Shown here piece after piece: positions 61,885 to 64,000 of a stretch of 64,000 bases of DNA. A program made the position numbers and the translations under genes. The first letter of the stretch is position 1, and each line of letters starts with the position of its first letter. This stretch comes from the human T2T-CHM13v2.0 reference genome, Homo sapiens, in NCBI RefSeq assembly GCF_009914755.1, contig NC_060947.1; one strand, written 5' to 3'. A model generated the notes under the pieces. It did not search any database and was not told the origin of the DNA. It was given only the letters and a program-made list of their open reading frames with translations.

Positions 61885-64000
61885 ACTGTGTTAACTAGTC
61901 TAATAAATAATGGCACACAATAGCAAGTTGAATAAAGAAATGAGATCCAACTGTATTGTGTCTTCAAGAGAACCATCCAACATGCCATAACACCTGGAGG
62001 GTCAAAGTAAAGAGATGAAAACCAATCTATCAAACATATAAAAAATAAAATAAACAGGAATTGCTATTCTTATTTCAGACAAAATAAACCTTAAAACCAT
62101 AATGATCAGAAAAGACAAACAATGGCATCACATAATTGTAAAGGATTCAATTCAACGAGAAAACTTCACTATCCTAAATATATGTACACCCAACACTGGA
62201 GCACCCACATTTATAAAACAAGTCATAAAATCTTTGAGGAGGCTTAGATAACTATACAAATAAGATTAGGGGACTTCAAAACCTTATCAGCAGTGTTAGA
62301 CAGATCATTAAGGTGGAAAACTAACAAAGATATTCAGGTCCTATATTCAACACTTGATCAAATGGATCTAACAGACATCTGTAGAACATTCGACCCCAAG
62401 CAACAGAATATACTTTTTTTTATGTACACATGGCACATACTCTAAAATCTACCACATTCTCAGCCTAAAGCAATTCTCAATAAATTCAAAGAAACTGAAA
62501 TCATACCAACCACACTCTTAGACCACAGCACAAAAAAATAGAAATGAATACCAAGAAAATTAGTCAAAACCATACAATTACATAGAAATTTAAAAACCTG
62601 ATTCTGAATGACATTGGTGTGTACAATGAAATTAAGGCAGAAATTTAAAAAAATTGATTCTAAGAATAACATAGATACAATATATCAGAAACTCTGAGAC
62701 ACAGCTAAAGCAATATTAAGAGGGAAGATTACAGCAGTATATACTCACAAGAAAAGTAAAGATCTCAAATTAACAACTTAACGTCATACCTGCACATGCT
62801 AGACAAACAAGATTATATTGAAATAAAAATTAGCAATAGAAAAGACATAACACAAATTAGAGCTGAACATAATAAAATTGAGACACACCCACACACAAAA
62901 AACACAGAAAATGTAAACCAGTTTGTTTCTTTAAAAATAAATAAGATTGATAGACCACTAGCAAGATTCATAAAAAGATGAGAGAAGACTGAAATAAACA
63001 CAATCATATGACAAAGGGGACATTACTACCAACTCCACAGAAATACGAAACCCTTCAGAGAGTATTATAAATACTTCTATGCACACAAGTTCTAAAACCT
63101 AGAAAAAAATGCATGAATACCTAGACACACAGGTTTGAGCCAAGAAGAAATTGAAACCTTTACATAGCAATAATGACTTCCAAAATGCAATCAGTAATAA
63201 AAAAACCTTACAACCAGAAAAAGCTCTGTACCAGACAGATTCACAACCAAATTTTGCCAGACGTACAAAGAAGACCTAGTATTGATCCTTCCCAAACTAT
63301 AACAAAAAATTTAGAAGGAGAACTTCCCTCCTAACTAATTCTATGAGACCAGCATCACTCTGTTACCAAAACCTGATAGAGACAAAATGAAAAAAGAAAT
63401 ATTCAGGATAATATACCTGATGAACATAGATGCAAAAATCCTCAACAAAATACTAGCAAAACCAAAGCCAGCAGCACATGAAAAATCTAATACACCATAA
63501 TCAAGGAGGATTTATTCATGGGATGCAGATTCTTTCAACATACATAAATGAATAAATGTAATTTATTTAAAAATATAACTAAAAAGAAAAACTACATGAT
63601 CATCTCAATAGATGCAGAAAAGCCTTTTAATAAAATTTAATATCCCTTCATGTGAGAAACCATCTACAATCTAGGTATTGAAAGAACATACCTCACCAAA
63701 ATAACAAGAACCATCAATGACAAACCCAGAGCCAACATCATACTGAATGGGTAAAAGCTAGAAGCATTCCCCTTGAGAACTGCAACAAGACAAGGATGTC
63801 CACTGTTACCACTAGTATTTAACATAGTACTGGAAGTTGTACCCAGAGAAGTGATGCAGAAGCAGAAAAAATTAAAGGCATCCAAATAGAAAGAGAGGAA
63901 GTAAAACTACCTACCTTCACAAACAATATAATTCTATCCCTAGATAACTTCATAGCCTCTACCTAAAAACCCTAGGTCTGATAAACAACTTCAGCAAAAT
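61885..64000 (+). mobile_element. Old L1 ORF2 (EN into RT), running off the window
   Basis: tgtgtcttcaagagaacc, cccaacactggagcaccc, acaagacaaggatgtccactg (TRQGCPL). Heavily degenerate. Confidence 0.9.

Overview
This is primate (catarrhine-like) genomic DNA made almost entirely of interspersed repeats. It is a deeply nested stack of LINE-1 elements of several ages (L1M/L1MA, L1PB, L1PA13-16, L1PA4-6). It also holds six Alus, several ERV LTRs, a collapsed two-LTR LTR10-type provirus and an old class-I ERV. That ERV is visible as minus-strand protease/RT remnants (6.65-14.82 kb) abutting a plus-strand MER4-group internal region that carries a tRNA-Glu-like relic and an env TM remnant (14.82-26.75 kb). 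I see no intact host gene or functional RNA gene, and the long ORFs are broken L1 ORF1/ORF2 pieces or their antisense shadows. I did not find a convincing new biological system. The notable signals are structural: an inverted ERV junction, a possible old L1 3' transduction, a three-element insertion cluster and TSD-less deletion junctions. Subfamily names come from recognising consensus sequences from memory and need RepeatMasker/Dfam confirmation. Boundaries without a stated TSD are approximate.
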